Assembly: GCA_041547605.1 (NCBI GenBank)
Contig: JBFEUB010000002.1
Coordinates: 1 to 45,784 of the forward strand
DNA length: 45,784 nt
Source of the DNA: Desulfobacteria bacterium
GTDB taxonomy: Bacteria; Desulfobacterota; Desulfobacteria; Desulfobacterales; C00003060
Direction: 5' to 3'
Shown: positions 27,018 to 34,984 of the stretch, piece by piece
Position numbering within the stretch: the first letter of the stretch is position 1
Layout of the letters: each line of letters starts with the position of its first letter
Made by a program: the position numbers and the translations under genes
Notes under the pieces: generated by a model
Database searches by the model: none
Told to the model about the DNA's origin: nothing
The model's input: only the letters and a program-made list of their open reading frames with translations

Positions 27018-28139
27018 ATGTCTGAAAAAGGATTTACACTCGTTGAGTTCCTGATTGCCATCGCGGCTTCACTGGTTGTGTTGGGCGCGATTGCCGCTGC
27101 CTTTATTTTTCTAGAAAGGGGTTACAACCAAAAGACAAAACTTGTTGAGATGCCAGAAAATTTTAGAGCCGGCCTGCGGTTCATGACCGAAGAGCTTTCA
27201 AAGGCAGGGTATGATCCTACCGGAACGGCTGGAGCCGGTCTCGTCGTGGCAGGTCCCGACACGATCCAGTTCACTATGGACTTGAATGGAGACGGTGATG
27301 TCGTCGACACCAACCCGGATGAAGATGTGACGTTTGCTGTGAACCGGACCCAGCTTCGGCTGACCAGGAACGGCCAGCCGCTGGCTATGGACATGCCAGC
27401 CGATGAACTTGTCTTCACGTATTTCGATCGCTATGACAACCAATTGATTGGTGCCCCCCTGTCGCTTGCGCAGAGTGCCAGGGTGGCGCGGATTAGCGTC
27501 AAATTGACTGCTAGAGCCGACAAATCTGACTCTGGATACCCAGAAGACGGCTACCGGACATGGACGCTGACGTCCGATGTGCTTGCGCCCCATTTGGCCA
27601 GCGCTGGCAGGAGGATGACGACACCAACAACAACCGAAACAACAACGACCGGCCCAACGACAACCGCAGCTCCAACAACGATCCCGACCACGACGACCAC
27701 AGAACCACCGCAAACCACGACCACGACGACAACTGCAGCTCCAACAACGGTCCCGACCACGACGACGACCACGACGACAAAAGGAACAACAACAACGACG
27801 GCTACGACCACGACAACAACTACCACCACAACCACGACGACCACGCAAGACATGGAAGGACCCAAGATTTCAGAGGTCAGTCAGGTTCCCGCTGGGTCAC
27901 CCGTACCAGGGAATAAGACGGTCATTGTGTGTGCGGCGCTTGCTGACCCTGCCGGTGTAGCGAGCGTCACCTTGCACAGCGATCAACATGGAGACGTTGC
28001 GATGTCCCTTTACGCTGGCGACATGTACTGTGGGAATCTTTCAAGGAAGAATAACCAGATGGTTACCTATTATATGATTGCAGTGGACCGCTTGGGAAAT
28101 CGAACGACGAGCGATACGTATTCTTACTATCAGAAATAG
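27018..28139 (+). CDS. PilW-like minor pilin paralog with poly-Thr linker and C-terminal 2-Cys domain
   Basis: Has the prepilin signal KG|FTLVEFLIAIAASLVVL. The ATG at 27018 is the likely start; the ORF track starts at 26994. The Thr/Pro-rich linker is at nt 27615-27842. The core and C-terminal domain align with the 23419-24504 product. Confidence 0.7.
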   Translation: MSEKGFTLVEFLIAIAASLVVLGAIAAAFIFLERGYNQKTKLVEMPENFRAGLRFMTEELSKAGYDPTGTAGAGLVVAGPDTIQFTMDLNGDGDVVDTNPDEDVTFAVNRTQLRLTRNGQPLAMDMPADELVFTYFDRYDNQLIGAPLSLAQSARVARISVKLTARADKSDSGYPEDGYRTWTLTSDVLAPHLASAGRRMTTPTTTETTTTGPTTTAAPTTIPTTTTTEPPQTTTTTTTAAPTTVPTTTTTTTTKGTTTTTATTTTTTTTTTTTTTQDMEGPKISEVSQVPAGSPVPGNKTVIVCAALADPAGVASVTLHSDQHGDVAMSLYAGDMYCGNLSRKNNQMVTYYMIAVDRLGNRTTSDTYSYYQK

Positions 28140-28882
28140 CCCGGGACAGGACACCTCCTCAGACCCCACCAGAGCCGCAGGAGATGTGCATAGCGATAGA
28201 CGCCTTCATGCACGATATTGAACTTGCTTGCTCTGAAGTCCTCACACCATACAGGTATTTCGATAATCCTGCCACCGTCTCGATGCACCAGGGCGATCAT
28301 GTCAATCACGTACGACGTGCCATGATTGATTCTGTCCAAATGCCCGAGAAGGACTGATCTTCGGTATGCCTTGGCGCCGATGGAGTAGTCTTCAAAGGCA
28401 AGATCAAGGAGACGCCTGGAACAAAAAATGAAAAGCCCGCTTCCCAGAATTCTAAAGCCCGATCTCCTTTGTTGGCCCATCTTTTTTGAACCGACTACAA
28501 TTTCATAGCCCTCATCCAGCAGGTTGAGGGCCTGCTCAATGAAGCCAAGGTCAACGGAAAGATCCATGTCAAGGGAAACAATGAAGCCATGTCGCGCCAT
28601 ACGAACACCTTGTCTGAACGCGTGCCCAACGCCCCTTTGCGACACGTGAAAAAACCGGACCGTGGGATACTGGTCGGCCAGACTCTCTCCCAGCAGTGGG
28701 GTTTTGTCCCTTGAGCCATTGCTTCCGATGATAATCTCAAACGATTCATAAAGCCCGTTCAGATGGGCTATGAGGCTCTCCGTATTCTGAACCATGATAT
28801 CTTGCTCATTGTAGACTGGAATAATGATGCTAAACGGCTTCAAGCAACGAATCCTCCAAACAGACGCAATTGGCGTATCCAT
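28130..28882 (-). CDS. family 2 glycosyltransferase (DPM1/ArnC/GtrB-like size)
   Basis: Has the GT2 N-terminus FSIIIPVYNEQD. A TTG at 28843 is an alternative start that would give MKPFSIIIPVYNE. It overlaps the upstream TGA as TTGA and has GGAGGA 8 nt upstream. Confidence 0.75.
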   Translation of the reverse strand: MDTPIASVWRIRCLKPFSIIIPVYNEQDIMVQNTESLIAHLNGLYESFEIIIGSNGSRDKTPLLGESLADQYPTVRFFHVSQRGVGHAFRQGVRMARHGFIVSLDMDLSVDLGFIEQALNLLDEGYEIVVGSKKMGQQRRSGFRILGSGLFIFCSRRLLDLAFEDYSIGAKAYRRSVLLGHLDRINHGTSYVIDMIALVHRDGGRIIEIPVWCEDFRASKFNIVHEGVYRYAHLLRLWWGLRRCPVPGYF

Positions 28883-30192
28883 GAGTGTATATTTCCCCGG
28901 GTGATGCGGGATAGAATATATTGGGGTCTCAAGTAAAAGCGTTTAAAGGCCTCTCGTGACATTTTAGTGAGCAGGAGCGGATTGTGCTCGGCGCAATACA
29001 CGGGGAAGTCTGGCGTTGTCTTCACGTCGGATGAGGCAGACAAGGCATTTTTGTAAAGGGGGGTGCCGGGGTAAGGGGTGACGACGTGAAACGAGGCATA
29101 GGTCGGATTAAGCGTTTTGGCAAATGAGATGGTCTTTTGCATATCGGCTGGTGTTTCTCCGGGTAGTCCAAACAAGAAAAAGCAGGCAGTGTCGATTCCT
29201 GCCTCCTGTGTCAGCCGTACCCCTGTGTGGATGGTGGCAAGACCGACCCTTTTCTGCGTATCACGCAAAACATCTTCTGAGCCGGACTCCACGCCAAAGT
29301 GGATCAGGCGGCATCCCGCTTGCTTCATCTTGGATAAGAGCGCAGCATCCACAGCATCCGCCCTTGTCTGGCAGCACCAGATAAAAGGATGCTTTTGTTC
29401 AGACAACCGGTCACAGATCTTGACTGTGCGATCTCGGTTCAGTGTAAACTCTAAATCAATAAAATATCCTGTGCGCACGCCGAATTTGGTGACCGCTATA
29501 TCTATCTCGTTGATCAACCGACCCACCGGCTTGAACCGGACACCCTCTCCGAACATGACTTTCAAACAGAAGCGACACGGATATGGGCAACCCCGAGAAC
29601 TCTCAAATAAGGCAAAGCGTTTCCCCAAGAGTTCATAATAGTACCTGCTAAAATCGATCAGATCAAAGGCGGGCACAGGAGTCTGTGCCATATCCAGTGG
29701 CTCTGCTGGGCCGTTTGATGTGAACGTATTTTTTCGTTTGAAAACGACCCCGGGGGTGGCACCCCAGTCGCCTTCCGAGACGAGCCTGACCACTGCCGGC
29801 TCGGGCTCACCCACCACAACGGCTGCGGCACCTGTTTGCTCCAGCATGGCCTGTGGAAAAAGCGAGCCGTGAGCCCCAACAATGATCAGCTTTTCCGAAG
29901 GGCATGACTGTGCAATGGCTATAAAGTGGTCAACCTCCAGGTTGGGGCACTGCCAGCGGTCTATGGGAGATGAGGTCAAAACGATCCAGTCATATTGGTG
30001 GCTGATTCTATTGACTTGTCGGCGCCAGCCTGGCTGCACCCGGCCGTCGATGATCTGAACCGCACATCCTGCCTCTCGCAGCATGGCAGCGCATACCATC
30101 AGGCTGAGGGGTGGCCAAGCTCGATTGAACCGCTTACCCTGCCGGCTGACTTGCCCCGGCCAGTTTGGATTAATCAACAGTACTTTTTTCAA
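28840..30192 (-). CDS. B12-binding-domain radical SAM protein
   Basis: The N-terminal KKVLLINPNW... region resembles a cobalamin-binding domain. The radical SAM motif is CPYPCRFC. The start codon is TTG. Confidence 0.75.
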   Translation of the reverse strand: MKKVLLINPNWPGQVSRQGKRFNRAWPPLSLMVCAAMLREAGCAVQIIDGRVQPGWRRQVNRISHQYDWIVLTSSPIDRWQCPNLEVDHFIAIAQSCPSEKLIIVGAHGSLFPQAMLEQTGAAAVVVGEPEPAVVRLVSEGDWGATPGVVFKRKNTFTSNGPAEPLDMAQTPVPAFDLIDFSRYYYELLGKRFALFESSRGCPYPCRFCLKVMFGEGVRFKPVGRLINEIDIAVTKFGVRTGYFIDLEFTLNRDRTVKICDRLSEQKHPFIWCCQTRADAVDAALLSKMKQAGCRLIHFGVESGSEDVLRDTQKRVGLATIHTGVRLTQEAGIDTACFFLFGLPGETPADMQKTISFAKTLNPTYASFHVVTPYPGTPLYKNALSASSDVKTTPDFPVYCAEHNPLLLTKMSREAFKRFYLRPQYILSRITRGNIHSWIRQLRLFGGFVA

Positions 30193-30197
30193 CTTGG

Positions 30198-30269
30198 TTC
30201 ACCGCAGAGACGCAGAGTGCGCGGAGTAAGACAATTTTTTGTTTTTTCCTCCAGGAAAAAAACAAAAAA
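30198..30269 (+). repeat. left inverted repeat of the GxxExxY cassette
   Basis: TTCACCGCAGAGACGCAGAGTGCGCGGAG (30198-30226) plus the A/T hairpin TTTTTTGTTTTTTCC...GGAAAAAAACAAAAAA (30235-30269). It matches the reverse complement of 30865-30937. Confidence 0.8.
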
Positions 30270-30295
30270 CGACTCGGACCAAAGGCCATAGGTTT

Positions 30296-30830
30296 TCAAA
30301 GCTTTTTCACAATTCTTTTAATACCATTTTTGAGTACTGAAACATTAAAGTTTATGATCAGCCCCACCTTGATGTTTGATAACTTCAAGTATGTGAGAAG
30401 CTGAGCTTCATGGATGGCTTGAACTGCAACAGCGAGCGCATTCCCTGTAGCTTGCTACAGGGTTAGGAGCGACTCTGAAAATGGTACCCTTCCTTACAGT
30501 CGCTGCGAAGCACTGCCGTCAGGCAGAACATTCCCTGCAGATTATATGAAACGGGCTGCAGGGAGCTTCAATAGTGTCGCAGGATTTCAATTCCAGAACC
30601 AAAACATTCTTGATTATGAGATCGATACGATAGCCGCAATCTAGCTTTACCCCTTTGTATTCAAGTGGGAGTTCCTCCTGACGGACAAAGCTTATTTTTC
30701 TTAAAGACAATTCCGTGAAAAGACACTGTTCATACGCAGATTCTAAGAGCCCAGGCCCGAGGGCCTTGCGGACCTCGGTAGCAGCTCCTATCTCCTTTTG
30801 TGTCAGTTTGTTTATTTCTTCCATGGACAA
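30296..30830 (-). pseudogene. GxxExxY-family (PD-(D/E)XK-like) gene interrupted by a repeat element
   Basis: The 5' part (30830..30573) encodes ...LGPGLLESAYEQCL...VLELKSCDTI. The 3' part (30418..30296) is in another frame and encodes [40 protein letters not shown]. The two parts are separated by the 154-bp repeat. Confidence 0.85.
30419..30572 (-). mobile_element. MITE/REP-like repeat, long form (copy 7), inserted into the GxxExxY gene
   Basis: Both conserved ends are present (TTGAACTGCAACAGCGAGCGCATTCCCTG ... CTGCAGGGAGCTTCAAT). The interior is homologous to copy 1. The flanks reconstitute one ORF. Confidence 0.85.
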
Positions 30831-30864
30831 GGTCTATTATGTGACTTAGCCGTTAGGCTGGAGG

Positions 30865-30937
30865 GTTTTTCTCGGTTTTTTGAACAAAAAACGAGAAAAC
30901 AATTTACTCTCTGCGCACTCTGCGCCTCTGCGGTGAA
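30865..30937 (-). repeat. right inverted repeat of the GxxExxY cassette
   Basis: The reverse complement reads TTCACCGCAGAGGCGCAGAGTGCGCAGAG plus the A/T hairpin GTTTTCTCGTTTTTTG...CAAAAAACCGAGAAAAAC. The GC box encodes the last 11 codons of the 944-aa ORF. Confidence 0.8.
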
Positions 30938-33738
30938 ATCTTCCTTACCTCTTTCAGGCGTTCCTTGGCATATCCGGCCCAGCGGTCGTCTGGAAATTCG
31001 TCTATAAGCCGGTTATACGCCGACACGGCCTCATCTGCCCGATGTAGCCTCATCTTGCATATGCCAATATGATAAAGAACCTCAGAGAGCTTTCGGGTTT
31101 CTGGATAATCTGCTGCCATCTGTTCAAAGGCTTCGAGGGCATCCTGCCACTTTTCTTCCCTGAAATAGGCCGCGGCATAGTGAAAAGCGGTCTGGTCAAT
31201 AATTGGCGAATAGGGGAATAGCTTCATAGCCTCTTCGAAGATCTTTCGAGCCGTTTGATAGTTCTTCTTGGTGTAATGGGCCAGCCCCTTATTGTATAGG
31301 ACCGTGGCATCATTTTGTTGGCCCAGCAATATGAACCCCGTCATTGCTCCCATGATGGTGATGACCATTGCCCACAACAACCTTTTCTTCCAGACCAAAT
31401 CGTGCAATCGGCGGGGCAGGAGTCCTTGCACCCGATCCAGCATTCGACATTCGCGTTTAGAAATTTGAAACCTATGTTCCAATAACGCACAACCAATCGC
31501 CAGCATGACTCCCAGGAGGCTCAAGGCGTATCCGAGATAATTGGGCAATGATGGGTAAAAATAGAGCCGAACATGCTGTTGCGTCGGATAGATCAACATG
31601 AAGGAGGGTGAGACAAGATAGATGCGATCGGCTCCCTCAACACGCCAGTTTGGATGATACGAGATCCGCACCAGATGCGGTAATCCAATGTTCTGGGTCT
31701 CTATCACAATTTCTTCGGGCCGGATGATCTCCTTGACAAGGCCTTTGCCTCGATTTGCTTGCCCTGCCGTGTATGCATCTTGGAATCCCAAGTTTGCTCC
31801 CTTTCCGGAAAGTGCCGGGCTGTTCCTACCTAACGGGTTTGGATGACTCGCTTCGTAGGACATAGGGCGTGGGGACAACTTGTGGGGCAGCCTACCGTGA
31901 ATAATTCTGTTGAAGCGATCCGTATCTCCGGGCTCGAGCCGTTCCTTAAAGGCCACAAAGGTTTTAAGGTCGCTCTTTCTGAACCACTGAAATGCTTCCT
32001 GCTGCCATTTTTTGGTCACGAGCAGCACAGGTTCGTAGTCGAGTAAAGACACATACCGGTCACCATTATTGGGCAGCCGGTAGATGGTGTAGGGCGGAAA
32101 ATCGGCTTCGCGAACCACTTCAGCCGATTTTGAAAGCGCCTTGCGGACCTTGTCTGTTACTACGACCAGGTGGCTCACATTAAATAGCTTCAGATGCTTG
32201 AGGCCCTTCTCAAGGTTCAGCCTTGAATAGTTATAGTCTGGCAAGGGGCAGGAAGGCTTGTCTGAAATCTCAGATTGTACATAAAAGACGAAAGGGGAGG
32301 TGATCGTAGACTGGATATAGAGCCCTTCGAGCGTGGAGCGCCCTGAAAAATAGGGAAGCATCTCAAAGGCTCGAACGGATCCGGCGCCCCGGTGTTTCAG
32401 GTCGTGCTCATAGGCTACCCTTGGATCGTGACAGGTCCCTTTGAGCTTTTCGTGAAGCGTCCAAAAAGCTGGCCATACACGCTTTTTCTCAAAGCCTGAA
32501 TAGTTCCACGCGATCCAGCTAGAAACAGAGCGGACTTGGGTGTTGACTATCAAGACGGTTACGACAGCCAAAAAAAGCGGAAAGAGTGAGAGCGCCTTTA
32601 GGCGAGATGTGAGGTGGTATATACCCACTGCCCCCAAGAGCATTAATGAACATTGCATGAAAGGGATGAAGCGGGTATCGACGACATTCATCTTAAAGGC
32701 CATAAAGTAAAAGGCTGCTGCCAAGAGGCATATAAACCATAGAAAGGCGACCGGGCTTATTGCACGTGTTGGGTTCTTCGCCGCTGAAGCACTGTAAAGG
32801 TTTTGTGTTGTTGCGACCGACTCTTCAACGGTCGTCTTCTGGTTTCGTATCTTCTGGATAAGGGTCCAGACAGTACCGCCGATGGCAAGCGCCATCACCG
32901 GTAAAAGTATGGGGGGGAAGACTTGCCAGATACCATCAATAATCCACACAAAGCTGAAGCGGGTCGTGTAAGGTATGAACCACAGGAGCTGCACAATCCA
33001 GAACCCGAGCAAGAAAAAGGCAAGGGCGTGCACCTTGAAGTAATACCATGTCTTTTCAAGAAAGCGGTTCGTAGTGAAAAGGAAAAAGGTAGCCGCAAAG
33101 ACACCAAAGATAAGGGTGCAGGCATGGGAAAGGCCGATGAGGGTCAATAGGGCCCCATTCGCGATGGTATACTTGTTTTCCATGACGCCTTTATAAAATA
33201 ACCCCAAGTACAGAAAAAGGAGGGCAAACCCGATTCCGTATGCAAACTCGCCAGCCAAGGTGCTGGGAATGTTGCCGCCCCAAGCGGAATTGGCTTCCAT
33301 GAAGAGGAAGGGGACTGTAAATATCGCCCCGGTGATAGGGACTGGAAACCGAAAGCCGAGTAGCCGTAAGCAGCAGAATGCACAGACAGGCAACAGGAAT
33401 ATCCCAAGGACCGAGACCAGCTTGAAAGCGATCTGAAGCGGCATCAAGAGGTTCAGTCCGGCCGTGATCAGAAAGGGAAGCGGAAAATAGAACTGGAACA
33501 TCGGGAATCCACCATAGTTTCCGGGCATCCATCCGATGATCTTGCCCTTGGGCAAAAGGGTATGGATCAGGTAGTGGGCTGTCAGGTAGTGTGAGGGGGT
33601 GTCTCCACCTGTGATGGTGGTCTTGGACAGGAGATGCGAAGGTGTAAAGTATCCCAGAAGATAACCGTAGATCAGGGAAAAGACCGCAAGCCGAACAAGA
33701 AGTCTTTTTAGGCCTTGTGCATTCATCAGAGTGGTCAT
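30904..33738 (-). CDS. large polytopic membrane protein, GT-C-like (YfhO/PTPS-related-like) with C-terminal TPR domain
   Basis: 944 aa with about 12 or more TM segments. The first extracytoplasmic loop has GGDTPSHY. It continues with a soluble middle domain, a late TM helix and C-terminal TPR repeats (YNKGLAHYTKKNYQTARKIFEE...). The GT-C assignment is inference. Confidence 0.5.
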   Translation of the reverse strand: MTTLMNAQGLKRLLVRLAVFSLIYGYLLGYFTPSHLLSKTTITGGDTPSHYLTAHYLIHTLLPKGKIIGWMPGNYGGFPMFQFYFPLPFLITAGLNLLMPLQIAFKLVSVLGIFLLPVCAFCCLRLLGFRFPVPITGAIFTVPFLFMEANSAWGGNIPSTLAGEFAYGIGFALLFLYLGLFYKGVMENKYTIANGALLTLIGLSHACTLIFGVFAATFFLFTTNRFLEKTWYYFKVHALAFFLLGFWIVQLLWFIPYTTRFSFVWIIDGIWQVFPPILLPVMALAIGGTVWTLIQKIRNQKTTVEESVATTQNLYSASAAKNPTRAISPVAFLWFICLLAAAFYFMAFKMNVVDTRFIPFMQCSLMLLGAVGIYHLTSRLKALSLFPLFLAVVTVLIVNTQVRSVSSWIAWNYSGFEKKRVWPAFWTLHEKLKGTCHDPRVAYEHDLKHRGAGSVRAFEMLPYFSGRSTLEGLYIQSTITSPFVFYVQSEISDKPSCPLPDYNYSRLNLEKGLKHLKLFNVSHLVVVTDKVRKALSKSAEVVREADFPPYTIYRLPNNGDRYVSLLDYEPVLLVTKKWQQEAFQWFRKSDLKTFVAFKERLEPGDTDRFNRIIHGRLPHKLSPRPMSYEASHPNPLGRNSPALSGKGANLGFQDAYTAGQANRGKGLVKEIIRPEEIVIETQNIGLPHLVRISYHPNWRVEGADRIYLVSPSFMLIYPTQQHVRLYFYPSLPNYLGYALSLLGVMLAIGCALLEHRFQISKRECRMLDRVQGLLPRRLHDLVWKKRLLWAMVITIMGAMTGFILLGQQNDATVLYNKGLAHYTKKNYQTARKIFEEAMKLFPYSPIIDQTAFHYAAAYFREEKWQDALEAFEQMAADYPETRKLSEVLYHIGICKMRLHRADEAVSAYNRLIDEFPDDRWAGYAKERLKEVRKISPQRRRVRRE

Positions 33739-33756
33739 GTCCTGCGAAAAAATATA

Positions 33757-34635
33757 CTACTTGCTTTTGAACTGATGGATTACAATGGCTACCGCAAGCA
33801 TGATTGCCAACCCTATCCAGAGCCACTGGGTGCGTTGCAGCCAGTGGCTCTGCCCTGCAATCTTTACCACCCCTTTGGCAACAGCCGTATAGTGGGTGTC
33901 CTCCACATCGTATTCCAGATAGAAGAAGACGGGATAGGTGGCGCCTGGCAAGGCCGAAGCATTTATGATTTCAAAGGGGAGGGTTTTCTCAGCCCCCGGT
34001 TCGATCTGGAAGTCGATCTGGGGCTGTGGAGCAGACAATTCCCTGGGAAGAAGAGCGGTTGCCTGGATATGCTTTGCATGTGCCTCCTTGTTTTGTATCT
34101 CAAGCCGAAGCGCACCGCCTTTTTCCATCTCGAGTTCTTGAGCCACACACCGCAGATTGGGGTCCACATCTTTTTTGTAATGGAATGTCGTGCCGACGAG
34201 GGCAGAAAAAGGATACTCGTTGGCATCGTGGAAATCGACCATGACGGTTAGTGGATACCTTCCTTGCCTAATCCCGGAAATCACTTTTTCAACCTGTAAG
34301 ATCTCAGAGTGATTCACTCCGAGCACCCTTCTGACGGGACCTTTTACATGTTCTCCCAGGAGCATCATATTGATTTGTACATTATGAGCCGCTTCATCCC
34401 CGTCGTTGAAAGCTTTTGCCGTGAGATGCAGCCGGTTTTTTTCTACATTGACCGTGGCCTGTGCCTTGATATTCAGGGTTCCGGCCGTCGCAGGAGGCAC
34501 GGGTCGACAGGCAAATGTTAGGACCCAAAGTATCAAGCAAACCCTTGAAGCAGCAAAAAGCCGGTGAAGCATCCATCCCCGATAAGTGGTGGTGAAGAAA
34601 GTAGGCCATTCTGAGGGATGTTTGTTGTTCTTCAT
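33757..34635 (-). CDS. membrane-anchored protein with two beta-sandwich (CARDB-like) domains
   Basis: 292 aa with an N-terminal signal/TM, the motif FNDGDEAAHNVQI and a C-terminal TM helix (WLWIGLAIMLAVAIVI). It lies 19 nt upstream of the 944-aa gene. Confidence 0.45.
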   Translation of the reverse strand: MKNNKHPSEWPTFFTTTYRGWMLHRLFAASRVCLILWVLTFACRPVPPATAGTLNIKAQATVNVEKNRLHLTAKAFNDGDEAAHNVQINMMLLGEHVKGPVRRVLGVNHSEILQVEKVISGIRQGRYPLTVMVDFHDANEYPFSALVGTTFHYKKDVDPNLRCVAQELEMEKGGALRLEIQNKEAHAKHIQATALLPRELSAPQPQIDFQIEPGAEKTLPFEIINASALPGATYPVFFYLEYDVEDTHYTAVAKGVVKIAGQSHWLQRTQWLWIGLAIMLAVAIVIHQFKSK

Positions 34636-34984
34636 GTGTTCACTTGTTGGCGCTGTTTACGAGGCCAGGAACTATGTCTGTGTTTGTTCAAAAGATGACT
34701 TCTAATACCTCAAAATCTTAATGTTCAAAAGATCTATTTTGTCACACCTGCTGAGGCCACGTGTCTTTTCTCTGCATTTCTTAGAAAGCAAATATCATGT
34801 TTGTTCACGTGCAATCCTTGCCACGGCGGGCTTTCTTTTCTTGACCAGAATGTGCCAGTGTGAAATAGAATGCCCATCAATGCCATAGACAAACTCATTA
34901 CCCGTGGTAACCCTATCTATTGCCAGAACAGCTACTGGACAATTTACAGGCGAGATGGAAAAGGGATGGGGAGATTCTTTTAAG

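Noticed and set aside
23419-28139. The two PilW-like paralogs might be a diversity-generating retroelement template/variable repeat pair.
   Set aside because: There is no reverse transcriptase gene in the window and no near-identical DNA repeat with adenine-specific mismatches. The paralogs are diverged throughout.
18-30572. The conserved repeat ends might mark a CRISPR array or orphan CRISPR repeats.
   Set aside because: The copies are kilobases apart, occur in both orientations and have palindromic cores rather than unique spacers. There is no regular spacing and there are no cas genes in the window.
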